Below, piece by piece: positions 39,606 to 49,868 of a stretch of 64,000 bases of DNA (positions are counted from its first letter, which is position 1; the number at the start of each line of letters is the position of its first letter). The stretch spans positions 45,766 through 109,765 of the forward strand of contig JAGFIT010000074.1 of the NCBI GenBank assembly GCA_024103385.1, given 5' to 3'. The notes beneath the pieces were generated by a model. It was not told the DNA's origin and searched no databases. It saw nothing but the letters and a program-made list of their open reading frames with translations. Position numbers and translations under genes: made by a program. This DNA is from Vicingus serpentipes (GTDB lineage: Bacteria; Bacteroidota; Bacteroidia; Flavobacteriales_E; Vicingaceae).

Positions 39606-39785
39606 TTGACGAATGATTTTTCAAATATCAACGAATTAAATCCAGACGATTTTTATTATAGTAAAGATGGATACAAGGTATTTACCGAAAAATATCTTTT
39701 AAAAAGAGGTTATTGTTGCGAAAATGGCTGTAAGCATTGTCCTTATGGCTTCGATAAATCCAAAGGAAAAAGAATAAAAAAATAA
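39606..39785 (+). CDS. DUF5522-like small cysteine-rich protein (59 aa, below ORF-track cutoff)
   Basis: Hand translation from TTG 39606: (M)TNDFSNINELNPDDFYYSKDGYKVFTEKYLLKRGYCCENGCKHCPYGFDKSKGKRIKK*. The core F-T-E-K-Y-L-x-K-R-G-Y-C-C-x-x-G-C-K-H-C-P-Y matches the family as I remember it. The start codon is uncertain, since there is no in-frame ATG. Confidence 0.6.
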   Translation: MTNDFSNINELNPDDFYYSKDGYKVFTEKYLLKRGYCCENGCKHCPYGFDKSKGKRIKK

Positions 39786-39910
39786 AATTCTTCTTGCTAA
39801 TTGGATTCCTAACTCATTCTTATTCAAGAAAGAAGTCAAAACAATTAAAATAAATAATTATATTTGAAGCCACTAACAAAAACACAATTTCTAACTAAAC
39901 ACAAAAAATT

Positions 39911-41902
39911 ATGAAAAAGTATTTACTATTTGCTTTTACATTAGGATTGATATCTTCTGCAGGCGCTCAAAACAAAAATGCTGCTGCTCGTTATGATTTC
40001 AACAAATTTGCATTTATTGACGATGATTCTCAAAATCAACTGATTAAACCTATTTCTATTCCTTATGATAAAGCATCATCTAAAATTCCTATCGGAACTT
40101 CTTACAACATCTATGGCATTTTAGGTGACAGACAAAATCAAGTGGTATATAATGCCGCTACAAATACCGTTGCTTTCGTTCATAGACAAAACAACGGTGG
40201 TTCTGGTCCTGCTGGAAAAGAAAGTGGAGTAATGTCATTTGATTATTCTACAGATGGAGGAGCCACTTGGACGGTAAACCCATTTCAAACCACGCCTACT
40301 TTAGGTGGTTTTAATGGGAACAGGTATCCAAATATTGGACTTTATAATCCGACAAGTAATACAGATCCTGCTAATGCATTCTTAATACAGGTTGGTCCTG
40401 CATTAGATCTTTTGGCTGGTGAATCTCAGTGGACTAGAACTTTTCGATCTTCATTCAAATTAGATGGCTCTAATTTAGAAGAGACTTACTCCTACAACTC
40501 TATTTTAGGCCCGAATAATGATCCTAATGATTGGGCTGCAGCTGGTTTATTTGTAAATGCGCAAGGTCACGCATGGTATGTTTCTACAACTTTTAACAAT
40601 CAAGGTCCTTTAGGTTCTGAAAACCCAGCATACAACGTTGCTGGAGATCTTCATGATTATTTCTTACATAAAGGTGTTTTCAATGCTGGTAATAATAATT
40701 TTGATTGGACAACAGTAGATACTATCACACCTAACTGGTATACGACTAGTGTTGACGGTACTTCAGGAGGAGCAAAAGTTAATGTTGCTGGATTAGCTAA
40801 CATGGCATGGTCTCCTAATGGAATGGTAGGTTATATGGTAGCTATGGGTGCTGATTCTAACGCTAATCAAAACACACAAATCAGACCTTATGTAGTAAAA
40901 ACAACAGACGCTGGTGTCACATGGAATAAAGTGGCTGATTTTGATTTTTCTACCGATTTTACTATTAATTGTGGATTAAGACCTATAGCCACTACTGGAG
41001 CAAAGAGAACATTCTTTAGCGCTTATGATATGGTAGTTGATGCCAATGGAGAATTAAGAATTTTTGCCAATGTTAGATCAGGTTTTTCTGATCATCCTGA
41101 TTCTTTGAATTATTTTTATAGTTTTTATGGAACAGGAAACCTTTTGTACGAAGTAGCTACAAAAGGATCAGGATGGGAAGTTACTTATATTGACTCTATT
41201 TATGTGGCAGATTTTGAGTGGGATGCAACAAATACTCTAAGTCATTATGTTAGACCTCAAGCTGCAAGAAGTCAAGATGGAACGAAAGTATTTTATACCT
41301 GGTTAACCACTGATCCTTTACTTAGTCTAGATAGAGAATTCCTTAACATGTCAGCTGTAGGACACGACATTAACACAGATAAATGGACTCCTGTTACCGA
41401 CTTAACTGTGGGTGTATCTGGAGCCGAATATGTTACCGCATACCCTACTATTGCTGTTGAGACCATTGAAAATGGAAGTGATAAAGAATACGAAATAGCA
41501 ACTGTTTTTGCTACTGATTTTAGCACTCAAGCTGATGTAACAAATGGACAAAACCCTACTCAATGGAACTTCTTAAAAGGAGTTGGTTTTGATCAAGCTG
41601 ATTTTACTAGAGATACCGTTAACCTTTGTGCTTTAGCTAATAGTATCGATGATAATAACAATATTAATGATATCAGTATCTCTGTTTACCCTAATCCAAC
41701 AAATGGAATTTTAGATATCCAATTAAGCACTAATGCTTTCAACTACACGATTACTGATATTGTTGGGAATATTATTGCAAACGATAATGTTGTTGGAGGA
41801 AAAACAACTATTGATCTTTCAAACAATGCCTTAGGTGTTTATTTAGTAACTATCAATACTGAAAATGGTTCAACAACCAAAAAAGTGCTATTAACTAAAT
41901 AA
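39911..41902 (+). CDS. Secreted BNR/Asp-box repeat protein with T9SS type-A C-terminal sorting domain
   Basis: Signal peptide MKKYLLFAFTLGLISSAGAQ. Asp-boxes STDGGATW and TTDAGVTW. C-terminus ISVYPNPTNGILDIQL..GVYLVTINTENGSTTKKVLLTK. Confidence 0.75.
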   Translation: MKKYLLFAFTLGLISSAGAQNKNAAARYDFNKFAFIDDDSQNQLIKPISIPYDKASSKIPIGTSYNIYGILGDRQNQVVYNAATNTVAFVHRQNNGGSGPAGKESGVMSFDYSTDGGATWTVNPFQTTPTLGGFNGNRYPNIGLYNPTSNTDPANAFLIQVGPALDLLAGESQWTRTFRSSFKLDGSNLEETYSYNSILGPNNDPNDWAAAGLFVNAQGHAWYVSTTFNNQGPLGSENPAYNVAGDLHDYFLHKGVFNAGNNNFDWTTVDTITPNWYTTSVDGTSGGAKVNVAGLANMAWSPNGMVGYMVAMGADSNANQNTQIRPYVVKTTDAGVTWNKVADFDFSTDFTINCGLRPIATTGAKRTFFSAYDMVVDANGELRIFANVRSGFSDHPDSLNYFYSFYGTGNLLYEVATKGSGWEVTYIDSIYVADFEWDATNTLSHYVRPQAARSQDGTKVFYTWLTTDPLLSLDREFLNMSAVGHDINTDKWTPVTDLTVGVSGAEYVTAYPTIAVETIENGSDKEYEIATVFATDFSTQADVTNGQNPTQWNFLKGVGFDQADFTRDTVNLCALANSIDDNNNINDISISVYPNPTNGILDIQLSTNAFNYTITDIVGNIIANDNVVGGKTTIDLSNNALGVYLVTINTENGSTTKKVLLTK

Positions 41903-41920
41903 GTATAATTGAACTTTATA

Positions 41921-41958
41921 AAAAAAGCCCTCCGAGAAATATTTCGGAGGGCTTTTTT
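41921..41958. terminator. Bidirectional rho-independent terminator
   Basis: aaaaaa-gccctccg..cggagggc-tttttt, between the convergent BNR gene and pheT. Confidence 0.8.
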
Positions 41959-41980
41959 ATGTATCTAAAAACAAGTTTTC

Positions 41981-44398
41981 TTATCTCAATTGTGCTTTTA
42001 AATTAGTTGTTAACGACTGTATTAATTGATTCATCATTTTATCAATTTGCTTATCTGTTAACGTTTTATGCTCATCTTGAAACACGAAACTTACTGCGTA
42101 AGATTTTTTACCTTTCTCTAAATTCTTCCCTTCATACACATCAAATAGGTTCATCTCTTTTAATAACTTACGTTCCTGCTGAAAAGCTATAGCTTCAATT
42201 TCAGAATAATTAACAGATTGATCTAATAACAACGCCAAATCTCTTCTCACAATTGGGTATTTAGGAACTTCCTTATACACTACTTCATTCGCTTTCATCA
42301 ACTTCATCAAGTTATCAAAATTAAATATGGCATAAAAAACTTCATTGTTAATAGCAAACTGTTGCTGTGTTTTTTTATCCACTCTCCCAAATTGCACCAA
42401 CTCTATATTATTCACTGAATATTTTAACCCGTATGATAATGAAGTTAGTGTGGAAGGCTCACTCTTAAAGTTCATTTGCATTAATCCAAAACGATTTAAA
42501 AGTGCATTAACCGTTCCTTTTAAATGGTAGAAGTTTGCCGCATCTCCAGAGGTATTCCAATTTTCCTTCTTAAACATCCCCGTAACCAATAAACTTAAAT
42601 GGTTGGTTTCTTGAAATTTTTCTCCCTTTTTTAAATACGTCTTCCCTAACTCAAAAAGTTTTAAATCTGGTGATTTTCGATTCTGATTGTAAACAATTGT
42701 TTCTAACCCATTAAATAACATTGATTGTCTTAACACTTCCAATTCATTACTCAATGGATTAGCAATATAAACTAACTCACTTTTTAAAGCTGTGTAATAA
42801 CTTTCTTTAGTTAAAGAATTAGATAAAATCTCACTAAATCCATTTGACACCAATAACTCTGCAATAAGATTAGTTACCTTCTCCTTATCTGGTTGTTGAC
42901 GATAAGAAAGAGAAGATGCTAATTTTTTAGGTAATTCCACTTGGTTATAACCATATATCCTCAGCACTTCTTCTATAACATCTACCTCACGTTGAACATC
43001 TACTTTAAAAGGTGGCACAGAAAGTTTCAACTTTTCCTCTGTTTCACTGATAATGGTTATTTCTAAACCTGCTAAAATATTTTTTATTACTTCCTTATCT
43101 ATTTTCTCTCCTATTAATCGATTACAATTTTCATAAGAGAACACTATTTCAAAATTAGGTATCGGATTAGGGTAAACATCAATTATTTCTGATGAAATTT
43201 CTCCTCCTGCTACTTCCTTAATTAAATTAGCTGCACGTTTTAATGCATAAATAGTAATATTAGGATCCGCACCTCTTTCATATCTAAAAGAGGCATCCGT
43301 GTTTAAACCATGATGTTTAGCTGTTTTACGAATTGATACAGGGTTAAAATAGGCACTCTCTAAAAATATGGCTTGAGTGGCATCAGAAACGCCTGATCGT
43401 ATCCCTCCAAAAACACCTGCAATACACATTGATTCTTCAGCGTTACAAATCATCAAGTCCTTATCTGATAATGTTCTTTCCTCTTCATCTAACGTGGTAA
43501 ATTTCGATTTATCTGCTACTGTTTGAACAACTACCTTATTCCCTTTAACCTGTTTTGCATCAAATGCATGAAGTGGCTGCCCTGTTTCATGCAATACAAA
43601 ATTCGTTACATCCACAACATTATTGATGGGCTTTAAACCTATACTTCTTAATCTATTTTTTAACCAATCAGGTGATTCTTGAACGCTAACGTTCGAAATA
43701 GTCACCCCCGAATAGCGTGGACATAAATCCGGATTCACCACCTCTACATCAATCGTTAAATCCTTATTGTCAATCTTAAAATCTTTAACAGATGGCTTTA
43801 GCAAGCTTGCTTTCCTTGATAAATTTAGAACCGTTACTAAATCTCTCGCCACTCCAATATGTCCAGTAGCATCAGCTCTATTAGGTGTTAATCCTATCTC
43901 AAAAACAACATCATTCTCTACCTTAAAATAATCCTTAGCAAGGGTTCCTACAAGTGCTTTTTCATCTAAAATCATTATTCCATCATGAGCATCTCCCAAT
44001 CCAATTTCATCCTCGGCACATATCATCCCTTCAGAAAGTTGTCCTCTAATTTTTGATTTTTTAATCTGAAAAGCTTCTCCTACCGTTGGATAAATGGTTG
44101 TTCCAACAGTTGCCACTACTACTTTTTGTCCTTTTTCTACGTTAGGTGCTCCACAAACGATATGCAAAGATTCTCCGTTTCCAACATCAACTTTGGTTAA
44201 ATTCAATCGGTCTGCATCAGGATGTTTTTCTTTGAATAACACCTCTCCTATGACTAATCCTTCTAATCCTCCCTTTACAGATTGTATTTCTTCATAACCT
44301 TCCACTTCCAACCCACAATCTGTTAAAATGGTCTCTACCTGCTTAGGCTTTACATCAACATCAATATAATTTTTTAACCAGTTATAAGAAATTTTCAT
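41981..44398 (-). CDS. pheT: Phenylalanine--tRNA ligase beta subunit
   Basis: MKISYNWLKNYI start. tRNA-binding domain (HPDADRL..VCGAPN), B3/4 and B5 regions, and a length of 805 aa. Confidence 0.95.
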   Translation of the reverse strand: MKISYNWLKNYIDVDVKPKQVETILTDCGLEVEGYEEIQSVKGGLEGLVIGEVLFKEKHPDADRLNLTKVDVGNGESLHIVCGAPNVEKGQKVVVATVGTTIYPTVGEAFQIKKSKIRGQLSEGMICAEDEIGLGDAHDGIMILDEKALVGTLAKDYFKVENDVVFEIGLTPNRADATGHIGVARDLVTVLNLSRKASLLKPSVKDFKIDNKDLTIDVEVVNPDLCPRYSGVTISNVSVQESPDWLKNRLRSIGLKPINNVVDVTNFVLHETGQPLHAFDAKQVKGNKVVVQTVADKSKFTTLDEEERTLSDKDLMICNAEESMCIAGVFGGIRSGVSDATQAIFLESAYFNPVSIRKTAKHHGLNTDASFRYERGADPNITIYALKRAANLIKEVAGGEISSEIIDVYPNPIPNFEIVFSYENCNRLIGEKIDKEVIKNILAGLEITIISETEEKLKLSVPPFKVDVQREVDVIEEVLRIYGYNQVELPKKLASSLSYRQQPDKEKVTNLIAELLVSNGFSEILSNSLTKESYYTALKSELVYIANPLSNELEVLRQSMLFNGLETIVYNQNRKSPDLKLFELGKTYLKKGEKFQETNHLSLLVTGMFKKENWNTSGDAANFYHLKGTVNALLNRFGLMQMNFKSEPSTLTSLSYGLKYSVNNIELVQFGRVDKKTQQQFAINNEVFYAIFNFDNLMKLMKANEVVYKEVPKYPIVRRDLALLLDQSVNYSEIEAIAFQQERKLLKEMNLFDVYEGKNLEKGKKSYAVSFVFQDEHKTLTDKQIDKMMNQLIQSLTTNLKAQLR

Positions 44399-44502
44399 CT
44401 TTGAATTGTTTGAAAAACAAAAGTAATTAATTTTATAAGTGTACCATTATATTTTAAAAGACAATAAAGTGATATTTAGTTCGTATTAGTATTAAAAAAA
44501 TT

Positions 44503-44970
44503 ATGAGACATCTTATCTTAATTACACTTATATATTCCACTTTTTTATCTTGTGGACAATCTTCATCTAAATCTAAAATTGGATATCAGTATAAATTAAC
44601 AGACCAACAATGGAAAGAAAAATTAACTCCCGAAGAATATCACATTTTAAGAGAACGAGGAACAGAAGAAGCGTTTACAGGAAAATATTGGGATAATAAA
44701 ACTCGTGGAAAATATATTTGTGCTGGATGCAACCACGAGCTATTTTCATCAAAAACAAAATTTAAATCGGGTACTGGTTGGCCAAGTTTTTACGATTATA
44801 TTGAAAATGGAATTGACTTAGGAGTGGATAATAACTTAGGATACTCTAGAAATGAAGTGCATTGTGCTAATTGTGGAGGGCATTTAGGGCATGTTTTTGA
44901 TGATGGCCCTCCTCCTACACATTTGAGATACTGTATCAACTCAGCAGCATTAAAATTCATCCCTGAATAA
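44503..44970 (+). CDS. msrB: Peptide-methionine (R)-S-oxide reductase, exported form
   Basis: CAGC..CANCGGHLGHVF..RYCINSAAL. N-terminal signal/lipobox (FLSCGQ). Confidence 0.92.
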   Translation: MRHLILITLIYSTFLSCGQSSSKSKIGYQYKLTDQQWKEKLTPEEYHILRERGTEEAFTGKYWDNKTRGKYICAGCNHELFSSKTKFKSGTGWPSFYDYIENGIDLGVDNNLGYSRNEVHCANCGGHLGHVFDDGPPPTHLRYCINSAALKFIPE

Positions 44971-44975
44971 TACCG

Positions 44976-45725
44976 TTACCTAATAATGGATTTGGTTTTT
45001 TTCTTGGTCTTCTTCTTTTTCTTTTCCTGATCTTCATGAAAAAAATAACGAATGTCTATCGTAATGTAATTTCCCGATAAATCAAAAAAGACATCTTCCT
45101 TTTTACTGTAATTCTCATAGGTAATAAACTCTCTAAAAATACTACCAAAAGGACGATGCAAAGAAGCTCCTAAATAAAGAAATCCGCTCTTGCGTGTTCT
45201 GTATTCCCAACCTACGTTTGCTAACAAACTTGTACTTATCCAATTGTATCTAAACAAAATATTATCTACATAATAATCCTCCGTTCGTAATTCCGAAGGA
45301 TAAATATCAAAAGAAACTCCACCTGCAACATTCATATACAATAAGTCTCCCAACCGAACATAAACTAACCCTAAAACAGGAATTTCGTAATTTACCAATT
45401 TAAAACTAGCTCCGCCTGTATAGTTAGAATCCAAATCGGTAACCGATAAATCATAATTTCTTTGTAAAAAATTGATTCCTGTTTCTAGTGAAAGCGATTT
45501 TGTAAATCCTTTTCGTATGACCATCCCGAAATTCATTCCTAATCTTGGATTCAAAATAAAATCAACATTGTTTTGATTAGTTTGCTGCTTACCTGTATCC
45601 ATAAACCCCATTGGAATAATCGGCTTTAATTGAATTCCAAAAGTAGTTACTCGTTCCTGAGCAATAGTAATTGAGGAAAAAGCAAGCAGCAAAAAAAGGA
45701 TGTATATTCTTAGTAACCGTATCAC
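44976..45725 (-). CDS. Hypothetical outer-membrane beta-barrel-like protein with lysine-rich tail
   Basis: Signal peptide, alternating-strand pattern, and a C-terminal EKKKKKTKKKTK. Confidence 0.5.
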   Translation of the reverse strand: MIRLLRIYILFLLLAFSSITIAQERVTTFGIQLKPIIPMGFMDTGKQQTNQNNVDFILNPRLGMNFGMVIRKGFTKSLSLETGINFLQRNYDLSVTDLDSNYTGGASFKLVNYEIPVLGLVYVRLGDLLYMNVAGGVSFDIYPSELRTEDYYVDNILFRYNWISTSLLANVGWEYRTRKSGFLYLGASLHRPFGSIFREFITYENYSKKEDVFFDLSGNYITIDIRYFFHEDQEKKKKKTKKKTKSIIR

Positions 45726-45848
45726 AAAAACAAAACTAAGATTTTGTATTCACTAACGCTTTATTTTCAATTGAGGAAAAACAAGATTATTAATTTCAGA
45801 AACATACCTAATGAAAAAAGTATTATTGAAACACCTCAGCATTAATGA

Positions 45849-46520
45849 TTAAATAATCTTACCATCACCCATTTCTATTATTCGGTCAGTTTTATCGGCA
45901 AAGTCTTTATCATGTGTTACCACTAATAAAGAAAGGTTTTGTTCCTCACTCAATTCTTTAAAAATATTAAACACATTATCGGCATTATGACTATCAAGGT
46001 TACCTGTAGGTTCATCGCCCATTATAATAGTTGGATCATTTATTAATGCCCTAGCAATGGCTACTCGCTGTTTTTGTCCGCCAGAAATCCGTGAAGCAAT
46101 TTTAAATGCTTGCTCATCGATATGCAACAATTTAAGCTTTTCAATAGCATCATGCTCAATCTCTTCGTGTGATTTTAATCCTAATTTTTTTGCTGGAAGC
46201 ATCACGTTTTCTAATATTGTAAACTCTGGTAATAAATAATGGAACTGAAAAACAAATCCAATGTGCTTATTTCGAAAATAGGCCAATTCATTTTTTGTTT
46301 TGCCAGTAATTAATTCTTCATTTAAAAATAACTGACCCTCATAATCCGTATCCATAGTGGAAAGGATGTAAAGCAGCGTAGATTTTCCACAGCCCGACTT
46401 CCCCATGATAGATACAAACTCTCCTTTGTCGATACTAAAACTGATATCGTTTAGTGCCTGAAATAAAACAGGTTTCCTAAAAAATTTATTGATATGTTTT
46501 GCTTCCAACACTTTTTTCAT
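45849..46520 (-). CDS. ABC transporter ATP-binding protein (MacB/LolD-type)
   Basis: Walker A GKSGCGKST, signature SGGQKQRVAIARAL, and Walker B IIMGDEPTGNLD. Confidence 0.92.
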   Translation of the reverse strand: MKKVLEAKHINKFFRKPVLFQALNDISFSIDKGEFVSIMGKSGCGKSTLLYILSTMDTDYEGQLFLNEELITGKTKNELAYFRNKHIGFVFQFHYLLPEFTILENVMLPAKKLGLKSHEEIEHDAIEKLKLLHIDEQAFKIASRISGGQKQRVAIARALINDPTIIMGDEPTGNLDSHNADNVFNIFKELSEEQNLSLLVVTHDKDFADKTDRIIEMGDGKII

Positions 46521-47779
46521 TGTCCTCTAATTATTTCAACCGGATCTATCTTTTGCGCTTTTCTTGCAGGTAAATAACCTGCGAAAAAGGTAGATACCAT
46601 GGCAAACACAATTCCTACAACATAATACAAATAATTAAAATTAACAGGAAAAGTTTTAATGGTAGGTAATGCCTCTGTTTCAAATGGTAAAGAATCTATC
46701 AATTTTGAACATACAAATCCAATGATCAAACCTAAAACACCACCAATGAAACCTATAATTACTGCCTGACTTATAAAAATCATTTTTACATCAAAACCAG
46801 AAAATCCAGTTGCTTTTAAAATCGCAATGTCGTTCATTTTTTCATAAATCATCATGTTAAGAATATTGTATATTCCAAAACCAGCAACAATCAAAAGGGT
46901 TATAGAAACCGCATAACTTATAAGATTTCTAATGGATGTGCCTGTTTCAAATTGAGCATTAGCAGTATTAATATCTATTGCTGTTACATTAAACTGTTTA
47001 CTGATAGCCTTTGACATTGGAACAGATTGATTAATGTCTAATAACTTAACATTAATGTCTGTGATGTAATTGGCATTTTCTCCTAAAATACGTTGCGCTG
47101 TTTTGAGGTTAACGTAGCTCTGAACATTATCTATTTCTCCCAGTCCACTTTGAAAAAAACCAACTATTTTAAGCGAAATAAAATCTCCTTTAGGTGTAGC
47201 CAATTGCACCCTATCTCCGATTTTTAACGACATTTTTTTGGCTGCTCCAATCCCTAATAAAATTCCATTAAGATTATTTTTTAACCCTTGTGGTGTACCA
47301 CCTATAATGTAATCATGAAAATTAAATAGACGAGATTCTTCAAGAGGTAGAATTCCAGTTACAATACCGTTTAATTCAATTATTCCAGCAGTATAAAATA
47401 CCTGAGTTTTTACTTGTGGTATTGCTCCTTTTACCTCTTTATTGGTGTTTAAATAATTTATTATTGGAAGTGCATTATGAATTTTAAGTTGTGTTTGTTT
47501 TGGTTTAATAGAGTGTATTACATGCATACTGTTTTCCAAATCCGAATAAAGAGAAGCTGGTTGATTTAGATTTGGGGATATTTCATTGTAAATATGAATA
47601 TGAGGTGTACGGTTTAATATTAAGCCATCTAAAAGGCCATTTAACCCTGTCATAAAACTCATTAAAATAATAAACGCCCCTATACCAAATGTAACTCCTA
47701 AAGCAGCAATAGACGTTTGTTTAACTCTGGATAAAAGGTGAGTTTTAGAAATATTTAATATGATTAAAAACCATCTCAT
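46517..47779 (-). CDS. ABC transporter permease (FtsX/MacB-type)
   Basis: N-terminal TM segment, a large periplasmic domain, and a C-terminal FtsX 3-TM bundle. 4-nt overlap with the ATPase gene. Confidence 0.88.
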   Translation of the reverse strand: MRWFLIILNISKTHLLSRVKQTSIAALGVTFGIGAFIILMSFMTGLNGLLDGLILNRTPHIHIYNEISPNLNQPASLYSDLENSMHVIHSIKPKQTQLKIHNALPIINYLNTNKEVKGAIPQVKTQVFYTAGIIELNGIVTGILPLEESRLFNFHDYIIGGTPQGLKNNLNGILLGIGAAKKMSLKIGDRVQLATPKGDFISLKIVGFFQSGLGEIDNVQSYVNLKTAQRILGENANYITDINVKLLDINQSVPMSKAISKQFNVTAIDINTANAQFETGTSIRNLISYAVSITLLIVAGFGIYNILNMMIYEKMNDIAILKATGFSGFDVKMIFISQAVIIGFIGGVLGLIIGFVCSKLIDSLPFETEALPTIKTFPVNFNYLYYVVGIVFAMVSTFFAGYLPARKAQKIDPVEIIRGQ

Positions 47780-48864
47780 TACTCCTCTGGCAAGTATATA
47801 ACTGTATTTTTATCTATACCAGATAATACTTCGATTTTGTCTAAGCTTTCTAAACCCGTTTTAATTTCTATTATCCCATTATCCGTTTTTACTTTATTTC
47901 CGTTAATCAAATAAATTTTGGGAATACTCAACACATTACTTTTTTCTGCTACAATAATATTTGCTTCACCTGATAAGCCTGGGAACAATTTGGCAGGTTC
48001 TCTAACAAACTCTGCTTCTATTTTAAATGTTTGAGAACGCTCATTTTTTTGAGGATAAATTTTACCAATAGTAGCTTCAAAAACTTCAACACCGTATGCA
48101 TCTAGGGTAATCAAAACTTTTTGACCCAATTCAATTTTAGCGATATCAACCTCATCAACCATTAATTCGGCAATAAATTTAGATTGACTACCAACCATAG
48201 CAACAGGTTGCTGAACAGAAATAAGTTCGCCTTGATTTTTGTAAATGGAATAAATTCGTCCGTTTATTTTACTTTTTAATGTAAAATCTTTGGTTTGAAT
48301 AAAAGAAGCCTGATAGTTGTTGGTAGCTTGCTCTAATTGTTGCTTAAGCTCAGTAGATGTTCTAAGGTATTTATTTTTTAAGGTTTTTACATTCTGTTTA
48401 GATAATTCATATTGTAATTTTCGAGTATCAAAATCTACTTGAGACCCAATATTTTTACTCCATAAATTTTGTTGACGCACAAAGTTGATTGAATCATTCT
48501 GAAATTTCAATTCAGCAACCTTAATCTCATTTTTTAAATCATCCAAAATTGGATTTTTGCCATTGTAATTGGCTTTAGCAATTTGCATGGCCAATCTCGC
48601 ATTTTCGGTATTGAGTTTAGGGTTAGTATTTATTATTTGAAGTAAGGGTTGGTCAAATTTCACCAAATCTCCTTCTTCAACTAAAACTCTATCCAATATA
48701 CCAGTTACAGCAGAATACACTTCATACATGCTATCTGGTTGAATTGTTACAGATGAATATACCGATTCGGTAAGGTTTTGCTCTATAGGTTGCGTTGATA
48801 AATTTTCATCTCCACCGCAGCTTATTAGGAATAGAATAGAAATTAAGTAGACTCTATTTTTCAT
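47779..48864 (-). CDS. Efflux periplasmic adaptor (HlyD/membrane fusion protein family) lipoprotein
   Basis: MKNRVYLISILFLISCGG lipobox, coiled-coil hairpin region, and beta-barrel domain. The start is chosen at ATG 48864; the track start 48891 is a TTG. Confidence 0.85.
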   Translation of the reverse strand: MKNRVYLISILFLISCGGDENLSTQPIEQNLTESVYSSVTIQPDSMYEVYSAVTGILDRVLVEEGDLVKFDQPLLQIINTNPKLNTENARLAMQIAKANYNGKNPILDDLKNEIKVAELKFQNDSINFVRQQNLWSKNIGSQVDFDTRKLQYELSKQNVKTLKNKYLRTSTELKQQLEQATNNYQASFIQTKDFTLKSKINGRIYSIYKNQGELISVQQPVAMVGSQSKFIAELMVDEVDIAKIELGQKVLITLDAYGVEVFEATIGKIYPQKNERSQTFKIEAEFVREPAKLFPGLSGEANIIVAEKSNVLSIPKIYLINGNKVKTDNGIIEIKTGLESLDKIEVLSGIDKNTVIYLPEE

Positions 48865-48964
48865 GTACATTTTATTATTTAATTGTAACAAAAGTACACC
48901 CAGTTATCTTAAAAAGAATGATAATCGTCACCAAGAACCAATAATCTTCTTAAATTCTTATCAC

Positions 48965-49432
48965 TTATTTTAGATATGAATTTAACATCCAAAGCGTTTT
49001 TTCAGTTTGGGAAATGTAGTCACTCATTAAACTAACAGTTCCTTCATCGTCTGCATCAGAAGCAAGGTTTAAAATTTCACGTTCTTTAGAAACTAAAATT
49101 GCAAAATTCTTAACAACAATTTCCACCCCTTTAGTTCCATTTGTTACGCTTTTTTCTTCTTTTATTTCTGATGAATTCAAATAGTCTGAAAAGGTATGTA
49201 AAGGTTCTTCTTCAAGTGTTAAAATACGCTCTGCTATTTCATCTATTTTAATTACTGCATCATTGTAAAGTTCCTCGAATTTCAAATGGAGTTCAAAAAA
49301 CGATTTCCCCTTAATGTTCCAATGTAATCCTCTCAAATTTTGGTAAAACATTTGATAGTTGGCTAATAGATCATTCAATTTATTACTTAAAACTTTTGCT
49401 TTAGCTTTATCAATTCCGATTAGATTTTTCAT
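48965..49432 (-). CDS. dps: Dps family DNA-protecting ferritin-like protein
   Basis: LNDLLANYQMFYQNLRGLHWNIKGKSFFELHLKFEELY and DEIAERI. Confidence 0.9.
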   Translation of the reverse strand: MKNLIGIDKAKAKVLSNKLNDLLANYQMFYQNLRGLHWNIKGKSFFELHLKFEELYNDAVIKIDEIAERILTLEEEPLHTFSDYLNSSEIKEEKSVTNGTKGVEIVVKNFAILVSKEREILNLASDADDEGTVSLMSDYISQTEKTLWMLNSYLK

Positions 49433-49572
49433 TTGTTGTTTTTTTAAGATAAAGTACGAAGTTAAGTGATGTAATATTAATAGAAAATGATAAATGACAG
49501 GAATTTGGTAAGTATAATTTATTTAAAAACTAATAATTTGCAGATTCATTGAACTTTTAGCATAGCTTCCCA

Positions 49573-49660
49573 ATACCATAAATGTGGTATTTTTCTATCA
49601 TATGATTTTTTTACTAACTGTATATCAGTAAAATAAGATTTGATACCTTAAATATGGTAT
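49573..49660. promoter_or_regulatory. Twin 18-bp palindromes in the dps / sensor-phosphatase intergenic region (candidate transcription-factor sites)
   Basis: ATACCATAAATGTGGTAT (49573..49590) and ATACCTTAAATATGGTAT (49643..49660). They are identical at 16 of 18 positions and lie 70 bp apart centre to centre. Confidence 0.4.
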
Positions 49661-49868
49661 TGGTTAATAATGTAGTTCATACATACAATGGATAGCTCCT
49701 TTACCCATCCCGGTCAAGGTAACATAACTTAATTCTAATACATCAGATTTTATTAGTAAGTATTTTTACAAAAAAAATAAGTATAAATACTTAATTGTTT
49801 AATTTCCAGCAAATTAAAGGCTTTGTTTAGTCTCATATCGTTATATTTGAATACCTACATTTTCATAT

